DNA of 64,000 nucleotides from Escherichia coli (GTDB lineage Bacteria; Pseudomonadota; Gammaproteobacteria; Enterobacterales; Enterobacteriaceae): NCBI RefSeq assembly GCF_050920415.1, contig NZ_CP169309.1; one strand, 5' to 3'. Shown piece by piece: positions 47,568 to 64,000 of this stretch (position 1 is its first letter; each line of letters starts with the position of its first letter). The notes under the pieces were generated by a model. It saw only the letters and a program-made list of their open reading frames with translations, ran no database searches and was not told where the DNA came from. The position numbers and the translations under genes were made by a program.

Positions 47568-49042
47568 AAAAGGTTCCTTGAAGTATGTCCCACGCCGTGG
47601 ACGGTACTTACATTAAGGCACAACAGGACAAAATGGTCAATTCTTCGTTATGTAAAAAAGCGTCAGTGGATACATATTTTAATGTTATGGAAGTTAATTT
47701 AATTATTTACAATGATGATGTAATAATGATGAATTAACATGATAAACGTAATAATTCATTAATCAGGGTTATTTTGTTTGATATATATCAATTGGAACTT
47801 TCATATGACACTTAGAATCAATGCTCTCTATAGTGATGAATAATCATCATTCGAAGTCAGGTGGGATGCCTGTCTGAATACACCTCCTTCAGGATGTGGG
47901 GGATTCTGCTGAGCATCTATGAAACTGAATGCAACCTATATAAAAATACGTGATAAATGGTGGGGGCTTCCGCTGTTCCTGCCTTCTTTAATCTTGCCCA
48001 TTTTCGCCCATATTAATACTTTCGCGCATATTTCTTCCGGTGAGGTTTTTCTCTTTTACCTGCCTTTGGCACTGATGATCAGCATGATGATGTTTTTCAG
48101 CTGGGCGGCATTGCCAGGGATCGCCTTAGGGATTTTTGTTCGCAAATATGCAGAGCTGGGTATTTACGAAACGCTCTCATTAACAGCTAATTTTATTATC
48201 ATTATCATTCTCTGTTGGGGCGGTTACAGGGTCTTTACTCCCCGGCGTAACAACGTTTCACATGGTGATACCCGTTTAATTGCCCAGCGTATATTCTGGC
48301 AGATTGTATTTCCTGCAACGCTGTTTCTAATACTTTTCCAATTTGCTGCGTTTGTTGGATTACTGGCGAGCAGAGAAAATCTGGTCGGCGTCATGCCCTT
48401 TAACCTCGGGACCTTAATCAATTATCAGGCCTTGCTGGTAGGTAATCTGATTGGTGTCCCGCTGTGCTATTTCATCATTCGGGTGGTGCGAAATCCGTTT
48501 TATTTACGCAGCTATTATTCGCAATTAAAACAGCAAGTTGATGTCAAAGTCACCAAAAAAGAGTTCGCGCTCTGGCTACTGGCATTAGGTGCGTTGTTGT
48601 TGCTGTTATGCATGCCGTTAAATGAAAAAAGCACGATTTTCAGCACCAATTATACCTTGTCATTATTGCTACCCCTGATGATGTGGGGAGCCATGCGCTA
48701 TGGTTATAAGTTGATTTCGCTGCTCTGGGCGGTCGTGCTGATGATTAGCATCCACAGCTATCAAAATTACATTCCCATTTATCCTGGCTATACCACGCAA
48801 CTGACCATAACCTCCTCCAGTTATCTGGTATTCTCTTTTATTGTCAATTATATGGCTGTACTGGCAACCCGTCAGCGAGCGGTAGTCAGACGCATTCAGC
48901 GGCTTGCGTATGTGGACCCGGTGGTTCATCTGCCAAATGTTCGCGCCCTGAATCGCGCGTTGCGTGATGCCCCCTGGTCTGCGCTTTGTTATTTACGCAT
49001 TGAACCGCCCCGGGTTTCCTGGAGAGTGTTTTATCTGTGAAC

Positions 49043-49930
49043 TCAGGCTGCCAGATCATTGTTTCCGATGGAAGCATAATAAGCTTTTTCTGCTTCTGCC
49101 GGAGGAGTATGGCCCAGCCTTCCCAGCAATCGTCGATTGTTATACCAGTCCACCCACGTGAGTGTGGCCAGTTCCACTTCTGCACGGTTTTTCCAGCTCT
49201 TACGGTGTATTACCTCCGCTTTGTAAAGACCATTGATGCTCTCAGCCATCGCGTTGTCATACGAGTCGCCTGTACTCCCTGTTGATGCCAGCAGTTTTGC
49301 TTCTTTTAGTCGCTCCGTATAGGCCAGTGACACATACTGAGAGCCTTTATCGCTGTGATGGATGGTGCCAGACGGACGACGGGCCCACAACGCCTGCTCC
49401 AGCGCATCCAGCACGAATGTCGTTTCCATAGACGATGAGACCCGCCACCCCACGATGTATCCGGCAAACACATCAATGATGAACGCCACATAGACGAAGC
49501 CCTGCCATGTGCTGACGTAAGTAAAATCAGCCACCCACAGCTGGTCAGGACGTTCTGCCACGAACTGACGGTTTACGCGGTCACCTGTGGCAACGGTTTT
49601 CCGGCTGACGGTAGTGCGGACCTTTTTACCCCGGAGAACACCGGCAAGTCCCATAACCGCCATGAGGCGCGCCACTGTACATCTGGCCACCCTGATTCCT
49701 TCCCGTAACAACTGACGCCAGACTTTACGCACACCGTACACCTGATGATTTTCATCGTATACGCGCTGTATCTCTCTCTTCAGCCAGTCATCGCGCTGCG
49801 CACGGGCACTGCGTTTATCAGGATGATGCCGCTGCTGCTGACAATGGTAATACGTTGACGGGGCAATATGCAGTTCACTGCATACCGGTCCGACCCCGTA
49901 CTGCTCACGCAGCTTATCCAGCAGTGGCAT
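49043..49930 (-). CDS. IS3-family transposase OrfB (DDE)
   Basis: 295 aa with DDE integrase-core residues. Confidence 0.8.
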   Translation of the reverse strand: MPLLDKLREQYGVGPVCSELHIAPSTYYHCQQQRHHPDKRSARAQRDDWLKREIQRVYDENHQVYGVRKVWRQLLREGIRVARCTVARLMAVMGLAGVLRGKKVRTTVSRKTVATGDRVNRQFVAERPDQLWVADFTYVSTWQGFVYVAFIIDVFAGYIVGWRVSSSMETTFVLDALEQALWARRPSGTIHHSDKGSQYVSLAYTERLKEAKLLASTGSTGDSYDNAMAESINGLYKAEVIHRKSWKNRAEVELATLTWVDWYNNRRLLGRLGHTPPAEAEKAYYASIGNNDLAA

Positions 49931-50256
49931 TATTTTTTCCAGAGGCGGTCGAACTCCGCCTTCGCAAAATAAGCGGAAGCCTGGCGAAGGATATCGTTAC
50001 TGCGGCGCAGTTCACGATTTTCACGTTCCAGCTCTTTCAGACGCTGACGTTCAGCGGTGGTGAGCCCACCATCACCGCTCCCGGTATCCCTCTCATGCTG
50101 GCGAACCCAGACACGCAGAGTCTCTGGCGTACAGCCAATCTTTGGAGCAATGGAACAAATTGCCGCCCATTGTGAGTCATATTCGCCCTGACTTTCCAGA
50201 ACCATACGAACTGCGCGTTGACGGACTTCGGGGGAAAAACGAGTATTTTTAGTCAT
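49930..50256 (-). CDS. IS3-family transposase OrfA
   Basis: 108 aa HTH/leucine-zipper; [19 protein letters not shown]... Confidence 0.8.
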   Translation of the reverse strand: MTKNTRFSPEVRQRAVRMVLESQGEYDSQWAAICSIAPKIGCTPETLRVWVRQHERDTGSGDGGLTTAERQRLKELERENRELRRSNDILRQASAYFAKAEFDRLWKK

Positions 50257-51483
50257 CCTGTTTACCTCTTTCTCAGGAAGTTTAGTCTCCAGGATTTCCG
50301 GGGCGGTTCACATCCCCGGCATGGAAATGCTGGTTAAGAACTATGGCATCATGCTACGGATTCAATACAAGCAAAAACTTTCTCACTGGCTGTCACCATT
50401 GCTGGAACCGGGTGAAGATGTTTATCAGCTTTCGGGTAACGATCTCGCGCTGCGACTGAATACAGAAGCGCACCAGGAGCGCATTACCGCACTGGATAGC
50501 CATCTCAAGCAATTTCGTTTCTTTTGGGATGGAATGCCGATGCAACCGCAGATTGGCGTCAGTTACTGCTATGTGCGCTCGCCAGTGAATCATATCTACT
50601 TACTGCTGGGAGAGCTAAATACGGTTGCTGAACTCTCCATCGTGACCAACGCCCCGGAAAATATGCAGCGTCGCGGGGCAATGTATTTGCAACGCGAATT
50701 GAAAGATAAAGTCGCGATGATGAATCGGCTACAGCAGGCGCTGGAACACAACCATTTTTTCCTGATGGCCCAGCCGATTACCGGTATGCGTGGTGATGTC
50801 TACCATGAGATCCTTCTGCGCATGAAAGGTGATAATGATGAACTGATCAGCCCCGACAGCTTCTTGCCGGTCGCGCACGAATTTGGTTTATCGTCGAGTA
50901 TCGACATGTGGGTCATTGAGCATACGCTGCAATTTATGGCTGAAAACAGAGCGAAGATGCCCGCTCACCGTTTTGCTATTAATCTGTCGCCAACCTCGGT
51001 ATGTCAGGCTCGTTTTCCATTTGAAGTCAGTCAGTTGCTGGCTAAATATCAAATTGAAGCGTGGCAACTTATTTTTGAAGTCACCGAAAGTAATGCTCTG
51101 ACCAATGTTAAGCAGGCGCAGATCACCTTGCAGCATCTTCAGGAATTAGGCTGCCAGATTGCGATTGATGATTTCGGAACCGGCTACGCCAGCTATGCAC
51201 GGCTTAAAAATGTGAATGCCGATCTGCTTAAAATTGACGGCAGTTTTATCCGCAATATTGTGTCAAATAGTCTGGATTATCAGATAGTGGCGTCGATTTG
51301 CCACCTGGCGCGAATGAAGAAAATGCTGGTAGTGGCAGAGTACGTTGAAAACGAAGAGATCCGCGAGGCGGTGCTCTCTTTGGGGATCGATTATATGCAG
51401 GGTTATCTTATTGGTAAGCCGCAACCGTTAATTGATACGCTGAATGAAATCGAACCCATTCGCGAAAGTGCCTGAATAATGCG

Positions 51484-51510
51484 GGCCGACATTTCTTGTC
51501 GGCCCGCAAA
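51484..51510. terminator. bidirectional terminator between pdeF and ppx
   Basis: gggccgac-atttctt-gtcggccc hairpin. Confidence 0.55.
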
Positions 51511-51513
51511 GCA

Positions 51514-55126
<3,613 letters not shown>

Positions 55127-55297
55127 TACCACTTTTACTCCGTTTTATTCACGGGACACTGCCTGGATATTATGGCGAGCAATATTGGCAGATGTCCAAC
55201 TATGCCAGAAAAGGGGGAAAAAAACTGCTGGAGCTTGCGATTTACAGGTGAATTGAAAAACGCCAGCGGCAGAGCTGGCGCTTTAACTACGGGGGCA

Positions 55298-55935
55298 TTA
55301 CTCGTCGGCAGCGTAGCCCTGCGGCGGCAGACGTTGACCATCCAGCCACGCGGCGTTTTCGTGCATTTTCAGACGACCATCGGCAAACCAGCTAATCACC
55401 AGTGGATAAATAGCGTGTTCCTGGGTTTGCACGCGGGCGGTGATGTCATCCTCCGTATCACCAGCAAATACCGGGACTTTCGCCTGTAAAATAACCGGGC
55501 CACCGTCCAGTTCATCGGTGACGAAATGCACCGATGTACCGTGCTCTTCATCGCCATTTTCCAGCGCCTGACGATGGGTGTGTAATCCGGGATATTTCGG
55601 CAGCAGAGAAGGGTGAATATTCAGCAAACGCCCGGCATAGTGGGAGACAAACGCCGGGCTGAGAATGCGCATAAAACCAGCCAGCACGACCACATCGGGT
55701 GCGTACATGTCGATTTCATGAATCAACTCCCGGTCATAGGCTTCACGACTGTCAAACGCGCTGGCGATGAGCGTATGGGTAGCAATACCCGCCTGGCGGG
55801 CGCGTTCAAGGCCGAACGCGTCGGCCTTATTGCTGAAAACTGCCCGTAGGGTGCCTTTAATTTTGTTGGCTTTGCAGGCGTCAATTATTGCCTGCAAATT
55901 ACTTCCGTTGCCGGAAATAAGCACCACAATATTCA

Positions 55936-55936
<1 letters not shown>
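55298..55936 (-). CDS. purN: phosphoribosylglycinamide formyltransferase
   Basis: 212 aa, MNIVVLISGNGSNLQAIIDA... Confidence 0.95.
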
Positions 55937-56991
<1,055 letters not shown>

Positions 56992-57036
56992 TTACTTGCG
57001 GTAGAAAAATAAAATTCGGCGCAATTCTAACAGGGA

Positions 57037-57052
57037 AAGCAAACGTTTGCGA
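57037..57052. promoter_or_regulatory. PurR box of purMN operon (AAGCAAACGTTTGCGA)
   Basis: Matches PurR consensus ACGCAAACGTTTGCGT at 14/16; upstream of purM. Confidence 0.6.
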
Positions 57053-57297
57053 GACTGCTTTACACAACCTTTTTGCACTTCATTTTCCCAAGCGCGCGGC
57101 GAAAGAATAGCTGCACCGTGGCAAAGGAGAGTTTTTGGATGGAATAATATTCTTTCATAACCACATGAATATAAAGTAACTTTATCTAAAACCGTTATCA
57201 TTTTGACTAAAGTCAACGAAAATAATATTGCCGCCTTGAAGAAAGGAGGTATAATCCGTCGATTTTTTTTGTGGCTGCCCCTCAAAGGAGAAAGAGT

Positions 57298-57924
57298 ATG
57301 AAGATCGTGGAAGTCAAACACCCACTCGTCAAACACAAGCTGGGACTGATGCGTGAGCAAGATATCAGCACCAAGCGCTTTCGCGAACTCGCTTCCGAAG
57401 TGGGTAGCCTGCTGACTTACGAAGCGACCGCCGACCTCGAAACGGAAAAAGTAACTATCGAAGGCTGGAACGGCCCGGTAGAAATCGACCAGATCAAAGG
57501 TAAGAAAATTACCGTTGTGCCAATTCTGCGTGCGGGTCTGGGGATGATGGACGGTGTGCTGGAAAACGTTCCGAGCGCGCGCATCAGCGTCGTCGGTATG
57601 TACCGTAATGAAGAAACGCTGGAGCCGGTACCGTACTTCCAGAAACTGGTTTCTAACATCGATGAGCGTATGGCGCTGATCGTTGACCCAATGCTGGCAA
57701 CCGGTGGTTCCGTTATCGCGACCATCGACCTGCTGAAAAAAGCGGGCTGCAGCAGCATCAAAGTTCTGGTGCTGGTAGCTGCGCCAGAAGGTATCGCAGC
57801 GCTGGAAAAAGCGCACCCGGACGTCGAACTGTATACTGCATCGATTGACCAGGGACTGAACGAGCACGGATACATTATTCCGGGCCTCGGCGATGCCGGT
57901 GACAAAATCTTTGGTACGAAATAA
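57298..57924 (+). CDS. upp: uracil phosphoribosyltransferase
   Basis: 208 aa, [21 protein letters not shown]... Confidence 0.95.
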
Positions 57925-57939
57925 AGAATAAAAATAATT

Positions 57940-57970
57940 AAAGCCGACTTTAAGAGTCGGCTTTTTTTTG
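57940..57970 (+). terminator. terminator after upp
   Basis: aagccgact-ttaag-agtcggctt then T8. Confidence 0.65.
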
Positions 57971-58009
57971 AGTAAAGCGCCTATAACACATAATACAGAG
58001 GATAATACT

Positions 58010-59299
58010 ATGACGCGCCGTGCTATCGGGGTGAGTGAAAGACCGCCACTTTTACAGACAATCCCGCTTAGTTTGCAACATTTGTTCGCCATGTTTGGTG
58101 CAACCGTCCTGGTGCCCGTCTTATTTCATATTAACCCGGCGACTGTACTGTTATTTAACGGTATAGGAACGCTGCTGTATCTCTTCATCTGTAAAGGGAA
58201 AATCCCGGCTTATCTTGGTTCCAGCTTTGCCTTTATTTCACCGGTATTGTTACTGTTGCCGTTAGGGTATGAAGTCGCGCTGGGCGGCTTTATTATGTGC
58301 GGCGTGCTGTTCTGCCTGGTTTCTTTTATCGTGAAGAAAGCGGGGACCGGCTGGCTGGACGTGCTGTTTCCACCTGCGGCAATGGGCGCAATCGTTGCCG
58401 TCATCGGTCTGGAGTTGGCGGGCGTAGCTGCCGGTATGGCAGGTTTACTCCCGGCTGAAGGGCAAACGCCAGACTCCAAAACCATCATCATCTCCATTAC
58501 CACGCTGGCAGTCACGGTTTTAGGTTCCGTGCTGTTTCGTGGTTTCCTGGCAATTATCCCGATTTTAATTGGTGTGCTGGTAGGGTATGCGCTCTCTTTC
58601 GCAATGGGGATTGTCGATACCACGCCGATTATTAACGCCCACTGGTTTGCGCTGCCAACTCTCTATACGCCGCGCTTCGAGTGGTTTGCCATTCTGACTA
58701 TTCTGCCAGCGGCGTTAGTGGTTATTGCCGAACACGTAGGGCACCTGGTAGTAACGGCTAATATCGTCAAAAAAGATCTGCTGCGCGATCCAGGTCTGCA
58801 CCGTTCGATGTTTGCTAACGGCTTGTCGACCGTGATCTCCGGCTTCTTTGGCTCCACGCCAAATACTACCTACGGGGAAAACATTGGCGTGATGGCGATC
58901 ACCCGTGTTTACAGTACCTGGGTTATCGGCGGGGCGGCGATTTTCGCTATCCTGCTTTCCTGCGTCGGTAAACTGGCTGCTGCTATCCAGATGATCCCAT
59001 TGCCGGTGATGGGCGGCGTTTCGCTGCTGCTTTATGGTGTTATCGGTGCTTCCGGTATTCGTGTTTTGATCGAATCGAAAGTGGATTACAACAAAGCACA
59101 GAACCTGATCCTGACTTCCGTGATTTTGATCATCGGTGTCAGTGGTGCCAAGGTAAACATTGGCGCGGCGGAGCTGAAAGGTATGGCGCTGGCGACCATC
59201 GTCGGTATCGGCTTAAGTTTGATCTTCAAACTGATTAGTGTGCTGCGCCCTGAAGAAGTGGTGCTGGACGCAGAAGACGCGGATATAACAGACAAATAA
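58010..59299 (+). CDS. uraA: uracil:H+ symporter
   Basis: 429 aa from ATG at 58010 ([21 protein letters not shown]...). Confidence 0.95.
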   Translation: MTRRAIGVSERPPLLQTIPLSLQHLFAMFGATVLVPVLFHINPATVLLFNGIGTLLYLFICKGKIPAYLGSSFAFISPVLLLLPLGYEVALGGFIMCGVLFCLVSFIVKKAGTGWLDVLFPPAAMGAIVAVIGLELAGVAAGMAGLLPAEGQTPDSKTIIISITTLAVTVLGSVLFRGFLAIIPILIGVLVGYALSFAMGIVDTTPIINAHWFALPTLYTPRFEWFAILTILPAALVVIAEHVGHLVVTANIVKKDLLRDPGLHRSMFANGLSTVISGFFGSTPNTTYGENIGVMAITRVYSTWVIGGAAIFAILLSCVGKLAAAIQMIPLPVMGGVSLLLYGVIGASGIRVLIESKVDYNKAQNLILTSVILIIGVSGAKVNIGAAELKGMALATIVGIGLSLIFKLISVLRPEEVVLDAEDADITDK

Positions 59300-59309
59300 T
59301 GTACCGACC

Positions 59310-59335
59310 GGGCAGTGTTGCTGCCCGGTTCAAAC
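59310..59335 (+). terminator. terminator after uraA
   Basis: ccgggcag-tgttg-ctgcccgg hairpin. Confidence 0.55.
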
Positions 59336-59393
59336 ATCATGGGATTCTGTGGTAAACTTCTCGCGATTTTGTGAAATCCTGGTTGAGGTATCT

Positions 59394-60095
59394 CTGAACA
59401 CACCGGCACAGCTCTCTTTGCCACTTTATCTTCCTGACGACGAAACCTTTGCAAGTTTCTGGCCGGGGGATAACTCCTCTTTACTGGCCGCGCTGCAAAA
59501 CGTGCTGCGTCAGGAACATAGCGGTTACATCTATCTCTGGGCACGCGAAGGCGCGGGGCGCAGCCATCTGCTGCACGCGGCTTGCGCGGAATTGTCGCAG
59601 CGTGGCGATGCGGTGGGCTATGTCCCGCTGGATAAACGCACCTGGTTTGTTCCGGAAGTGCTCGACGGTATGGAGCATTTGTCGCTGGTCTGTATCGACA
59701 ACATTGAGTGTATTGCAGGCGATGAGTTGTGGGAGATGGCGATTTTCGATCTCTACAATCGAATTCTGGAATCGGGTAAAACACGGTTGTTAATCACCGG
59801 CGATCGTCCACCGCGGCAGTTGAATCTGGGATTACCGGATCTCGCGTCGCGACTCGACTGGGGGCAGATCTACAAATTGCAGCCTCTTTCTGATGAAGAT
59901 AAGTTGCAGGCGCTACAGTTACGCGCGCGTTTGCGTGGTTTTGAACTGCCGGAAGATGTGGGGCGTTTCTTGCTGAAGCGGCTCGACAGAGAGATGCGCA
60001 CGTTATTTATGACGTTGGATCAGTTGGATCGTGCGTCGATTACCGCGCAACGTAAGCTGACCATTCCGTTTGTGAAAGAGATTCTGAAACTGTAG
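59394..60095 (+). CDS. hda: DnaA regulatory inactivator Hda (CUG initiation)
   Basis: 233 aa from CTG at 59394 ([20 protein letters not shown]...); ORF track offers GTG at 59349. Confidence 0.85.
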
Positions 60096-60110
60096 ACAAG
60101 ACGTTTATTG

Positions 60111-60170
60111 TCGGATGCGCACCCATAGTATTCGTCGGCCGGATAAGACGCGGCAAGCGTCGCATCCGGC
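60111..60170. repeat. REP-type palindromic units between hda and arsC
   Basis: gtcggatgcgc...gccggataagacgcggcaagcgtcgcatccggc. Confidence 0.55.
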
Positions 60171-60200
60171 AACGTGATTTAACTCGCGAAAGGGCGCATA

Positions 60201-60560
60201 TTAACCCACGATTTCCAGCACCTGCTCCGGTGGACGACCAATTCGCGCTTTGCCATTCGCGACCACAATCGGGCGCTCCATTAGCTTCGGATTATCCACC
60301 ATTGCCTGAATCAGCGCCTCTTCGCTAAGCGAACTGTCAGCCAGGTTCAGTTCTTTATAAAGATCCTCTTTCTGGCGCATCAATTCACGAGCGCTATTCA
60401 TTCCCAGCATTTTCAGCAAATCGCGCAGCGTTGCCGCATCGGCGGGTGTCTCAAGGTAGAGCACCACTTCTGGCTCCACGCCGTTTTCTTTCAGCAGGTT
60501 CAGCGTTTCCCGGCTCTTTGAACAGCGTGGGTTATGGTAGATTTTTACCTGTTTGGTCAT
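60201..60560 (-). CDS. arsC: ArsC-family arsenate reductase-like protein (YfgD)
   Basis: 119 aa, MTKQVKIYHNPRCSKSRETL... Confidence 0.85.
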   Translation of the reverse strand: MTKQVKIYHNPRCSKSRETLNLLKENGVEPEVVLYLETPADAATLRDLLKMLGMNSARELMRQKEDLYKELNLADSSLSEEALIQAMVDNPKLMERPIVVANGKARIGRPPEQVLEIVG

Positions 60561-60580
60561 TGTTCTTCCTTTAATGCGAA

Positions 60581-62044
60581 TTACATCTTGGTATAAGGCT
60601 TAAAGCGTTCTTGCAGCTGGCGCAACTGGTCGATGCGCGCATCGTAACGCGCTTGTTGCAGGCTGCCTAATTTCACCTGAGAACTGGCGCTACTCAACAA
60701 GGAAATGGCCTGATCGAGTCGCCCGGCGAGCGCATAACCTTCTGCTCGCGCAGCCAGTTCCTGATCGCGGTTATTTAGTGCGGCTTCCGCCTGTGCCAGT
60801 AAATCCCAGCCGTTGCTGTCATCTTTATTGTTAAAAGTGTAGCGATTCAGAATATTGGCCGCTTCCTGTGGTTGCCCCCCTTGCAGATAAGCGTTCGCCA
60901 GGTTGAGCTGCAACACCGGATTGGTGCGCAAATCGCGGGCATTTTTCAGGCGATTGATAGCGTCATTGGCTTTGTTTTGCCCAAGATCGATATCGGTAGC
61001 CAGATCGAGATACCATGCGTTGCCAGGTTCTGCCGCCAGTAACGGTTGCAGCGTTTTACGCGCTTCGTCGTATTTATTGGCTTCCATCGCCTGTAAAGCA
61101 CGACCATATTGCGCCGCTCGTTGCTGACGAACGTTTCCTTTCGCCCATTCATCCAGCAAATCACTGGTGAGCTGATTACGTCCGGAATTATACATCCCCA
61201 GTGTGCGCGCTTTCGCCAGATAGAAATCCTCCGACGACTGCACCACCATCGGGCGCATCTGATTAGCACGGTTGCGGGCATCTGCCAGACGACTTTCCGG
61301 CAATGGGTGAGTCAATAAAATTTCCGGCGGACGCGAGGAGTAACGCGCCTGATCGAGCAATTTTTCGAGGAAGGTCGGCATCGCCTGCGGATCGAATCCT
61401 GAGCGTTGCAGCACCTGAATACCAATGCGATCCGCTTCCTGTTCATTTTGCTGGGTGAAGCTGATCATCCCCTGGCGCGTTCCCGCCAGTGTACCGGTCA
61501 GCGCTGCCATCCCCGCCTGCGGACTGGCCATCGCCAGTAAAATAGAACCTAACGCGCCGACCCAGGTAAGCGGTGCGCTGCGCTGTTGATCTTCCATCGC
61601 TCGCGCCAGGTGACGTTGGGTGACGTGGGAGATTTCGTGCGCCATAACTGAAGCCAGTTGACTTTCGTTATCGGAATAACGGAACAGGGCAGAGTGCAAC
61701 ACCACGTTGCCGCCAAAGAAAGCAAAGGCGTTAATTTCGTCGTTATTGATCAAAAAGAAATGGAACGGCGTCTTAACCGAATTGGCATGCGAAACCAGAC
61801 GCATCCCCAGCGAATTAATGTACTGCGTTAACAACGGGTCATTAATTAACGGCGCACTGCCGCGTAATTGGCGGACATAATAGTCGCCCATCTGCATTTC
61901 CTGACCAATGGAAAGCGTGCTTCCTGCGGAGGTTCCCATATCCGGCAAGGTGTCTGCGCTATCGGCAAACGCCGGGGCTACCTGACCGATAGTCATAGCA
62001 GCAATGAGGGTAGCAACCAGGTTTTTTTTCAACTGCCTGAACAT
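60581..62044 (-). CDS. bepA: periplasmic beta-barrel assembly-enhancing protease (M48 + TPR)
   Basis: 487 aa, signal peptide, HEISH zinc motif, C-terminal TPR. Confidence 0.9.
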   Translation of the reverse strand: MFRQLKKNLVATLIAAMTIGQVAPAFADSADTLPDMGTSAGSTLSIGQEMQMGDYYVRQLRGSAPLINDPLLTQYINSLGMRLVSHANSVKTPFHFFLINNDEINAFAFFGGNVVLHSALFRYSDNESQLASVMAHEISHVTQRHLARAMEDQQRSAPLTWVGALGSILLAMASPQAGMAALTGTLAGTRQGMISFTQQNEQEADRIGIQVLQRSGFDPQAMPTFLEKLLDQARYSSRPPEILLTHPLPESRLADARNRANQMRPMVVQSSEDFYLAKARTLGMYNSGRNQLTSDLLDEWAKGNVRQQRAAQYGRALQAMEANKYDEARKTLQPLLAAEPGNAWYLDLATDIDLGQNKANDAINRLKNARDLRTNPVLQLNLANAYLQGGQPQEAANILNRYTFNNKDDSNGWDLLAQAEAALNNRDQELAARAEGYALAGRLDQAISLLSSASSQVKLGSLQQARYDARIDQLRQLQERFKPYTKM

Positions 62045-62256
62045 AACCTCTGTCCTGTGTTTCTGGAGATAGTCATTTGACCGATACTGTGAAATATCGT
62101 TCCCACCGCGCCGCCTTTGAGTGTAACGGCGAAGATTAGCCCACTCAAATGACTTTTCAGTTTCCTGAATCCGTCATAAAAAGCGAAGTCTTTTTTGTGA
62201 CATTTCGATACAATTGCGGATCACAATCCCGCTCTTGAGGTTCAGGGAAGGTCTTT

Positions 62257-63318
62257 ATGCTCGAAATGTTGATGCAATGGTATCGCCGCCGTTTTAGTGA
62301 CCCGGAAGCGATTGCCTTGCTGGTTATTTTAGTTGCCGGATTTGGCATTATCTTTTTCTTTAGCGGCCTACTCGCACCGTTGCTGGTGGCGATTGTGCTG
62401 GCCTATTTACTGGAATGGCCAACCGTGCGGCTACAATCAATAGGCTGCTCCCGACGCTGGGCGACGTCGATTGTATTGGTCGTTTTCGTCGGTATTTTGC
62501 TGCTGATGGCGTTCGTGGTAATGCCTATCGCCTGGCAACAGGGCATCTACTTAATCCGCGATATGCCGGGGATGCTCAATAAGCTCTCTGATTTTGCCGC
62601 CACGTTGCCGCGCCGCTATCCGGCGTTAATGGATGCGGGGATTATTGATGCAATGGCCGAAAATATGCGCAGCCGGATGCTCACCATGGGCGATTCGGTG
62701 GTGAAAATTTCCCTCGCCTCGCTGGTCGGTTTGCTGACCATTGCCGTCTATCTGGTGCTGGTACCATTGATGGTCTTCTTCCTGCTGAAAGACAAAGAGC
62801 AGATGCTGAACGCCGTTCGCCGGGTGCTGCCGCGTAACCGTGGACTGGCAGGACAGGTGTGGAAGGAGATGAATCAACAAATCACCAACTATATCCGCGG
62901 CAAAGTGCTGGAGATGATCGTGGTGGGGATTGCCACCTGGCTGGGATTCTTACTCTTCGGGCTGAACTATTCGCTGCTGCTGGCGGTGCTGGTCGGCTTC
63001 TCGGTACTTATTCCGTACATTGGTGCATTTGTGGTGACCATTCCGGTGGTTGGCGTGGCGCTATTCCAGTTTGGTGCTGGCACGGAATTCTGGAGCTGCT
63101 TCGCGGTGTATCTGATCATTCAGGCGCTGGACGGCAACCTGTTAGTACCTGTGTTGTTCTCCGAAGCGGTTAACCTGCATCCGCTGGTCATTATTTTATC
63201 AGTAGTGATCTTCGGTGGTTTGTGGGGATTCTGGGGCGTATTCTTCGCCATTCCATTGGCGACGCTGATCAAAGCCGTGATTCACGCCTGGCCCGATGGG
63301 CAAATCGCGCAAGAATAA
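62257..63318 (+). CDS. perM: AI-2E family transporter
   Basis: 353 aa multi-TM. Confidence 0.85.
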   Translation: MLEMLMQWYRRRFSDPEAIALLVILVAGFGIIFFFSGLLAPLLVAIVLAYLLEWPTVRLQSIGCSRRWATSIVLVVFVGILLLMAFVVMPIAWQQGIYLIRDMPGMLNKLSDFAATLPRRYPALMDAGIIDAMAENMRSRMLTMGDSVVKISLASLVGLLTIAVYLVLVPLMVFFLLKDKEQMLNAVRRVLPRNRGLAGQVWKEMNQQITNYIRGKVLEMIVVGIATWLGFLLFGLNYSLLLAVLVGFSVLIPYIGAFVVTIPVVGVALFQFGAGTEFWSCFAVYLIIQALDGNLLVPVLFSEAVNLHPLVIILSVVIFGGLWGFWGVFFAIPLATLIKAVIHAWPDGQIAQE

Positions 63319-63354
63319 TCTTCAGCCCGACGAACTGTTTCGCCGGGCTGATTT

Positions 63355-64000
63355 TTAGGGTTCCTGACGTAAATAAATCGCCCGATAACAAATACTCACC
63401 AACACTGCACCGCCGATAATATTACCCAGCATCACCGGGAGCAGATTGGCGGTAATAAAATGGCTGACCGTCAGTGCCGGAAAATTGTCTGCGCTACTGT
63501 GCGCCAGTTGCCAGAAGGAGGTAGGGGCGAAATGGCGAATGGCAATGGCGAACGGAATCACAAACAAATTGGCGATACAGTGCTCAAAGCCACTGGCGAC
63601 AAACAGGGTGATGGGCAAAATCATGGCGACGATTTTGTCGCATAATGAACGTCCGCAATAACTCATCCACAGCGCCAGACAAACCATCAGATTGCACATA
63701 ATGCCGAGGCTGACAGATTCAGTAAATGTATGATGCATTTTGCCCTCGGCGCAGTGTAAAACCGCGACTCCCCACATCGCGTTTTCACTCATCACCAGCC
63801 CGGAAAACCAGATTAACAAACTGAAACAGGCAATACCTGCCAGATTACCGCAGGCCACCAGAAGTGCATTAATCAGCCATGTTCGCCAGCTAATAATGCC
63901 CCGACTTTTTGCCATCACCGTCATTACCGACGAGGTGAACAGGCTGGTGCCGCAAACCGCCAGCAAAATAAAGCCGAGTGTAAAGCAAAGGCCACCCACC
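63355..64000 (-). CDS. focB: formate channel FocB, C-terminal part (5' end beyond window)
   Basis: ...GFEHCIANLFV...AIYLRQEP matches recalled FocB; ORF open to window end. Confidence 0.8.
   Translation of the reverse strand, partial: VGGLCFTLGFILLAVCGTSLFTSSVMTVMAKSRGIISWRTWLINALLVACGNLAGIACFSLLIWFSGLVMSENAMWGVAVLHCAEGKMHHTFTESVSLGIMCNLMVCLALWMSYCGRSLCDKIVAMILPITLFVASGFEHCIANLFVIPFAIAIRHFAPTSFWQLAHSSADNFPALTVSHFITANLLPVMLGNIIGGAVLVSICYRAIYLRQEP

Larger units (their letters stand above)
49001..50310 (-). mobile_element. IS3-family IS (IS629/IS1203-like, 1310 bp) with 3-bp target duplication CAT
   Basis: Imperfect terminal inverted repeats TGAACCGCCCCGG...; CAT at 48998-49000 and 50311-50313. 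Confidence 0.8.
47919..51475 (+). pseudogene. pdeF: c-di-GMP phosphodiesterase PdeF (YfgF) gene disrupted by IS insertion
   Basis: N-terminal MASE1 fragment 47919-49000 and GGDEF-like/EAL fragment 50311-51475 in frame once IS + TSD removed (...LRI | IS | PGMEML...). Confidence 0.8.

Noticed and set aside
57417-57905. 162-aa ORF antisense to upp, and similar long antisense ORFs inside xseA, guaA, ppk and purM
   Set aside because: Antisense to conserved housekeeping genes in GC-rich coding sequence; no independent start context.

Overview
Enterobacterial (E. coli/Shigella-type) chromosome, colinear with the K-12 xseA-guaBA ... purMN-upp-uraA-hda-bepA-perM-focB region, interrupted by a ~39.9 kb temperate prophage integrated at the 3' end of guaA and by an IS3-family element that splits pdeF(yfgF). 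All calls are from reading the sequence and ORF track plus recalled protein families; no searches were run. The prophage (17-bp att repeats at 6047-6063 and 45885-45901) combines a lambda-like early region (tandem-HTH repressor, Cro-like, O-like initiator with internal iterons, lambda P-like loader, RecT/exonuclease module) with a T7-like virion module and no phage RNA polymerase. It also carries a tRNA-Arg(UCU), an O-antigen acyltransferase moron and a holin/GH19 endolysin/embedded-spanin cassette. An IS2 with a 5-bp target duplication splits a virion-protein gene, so the prophage is probably defective. The most interesting signal is a 15-bp palindrome TTACC-N5-GGTAA found 13 times, always in intergenic regions at the head of a prophage transcription unit, suggesting one repressor controls every operon directly. 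A second palindrome, TGTGACATGTCAC, occurs three times, each next to a terminator hairpin. Motif counts are by eye and need an exhaustive scan.
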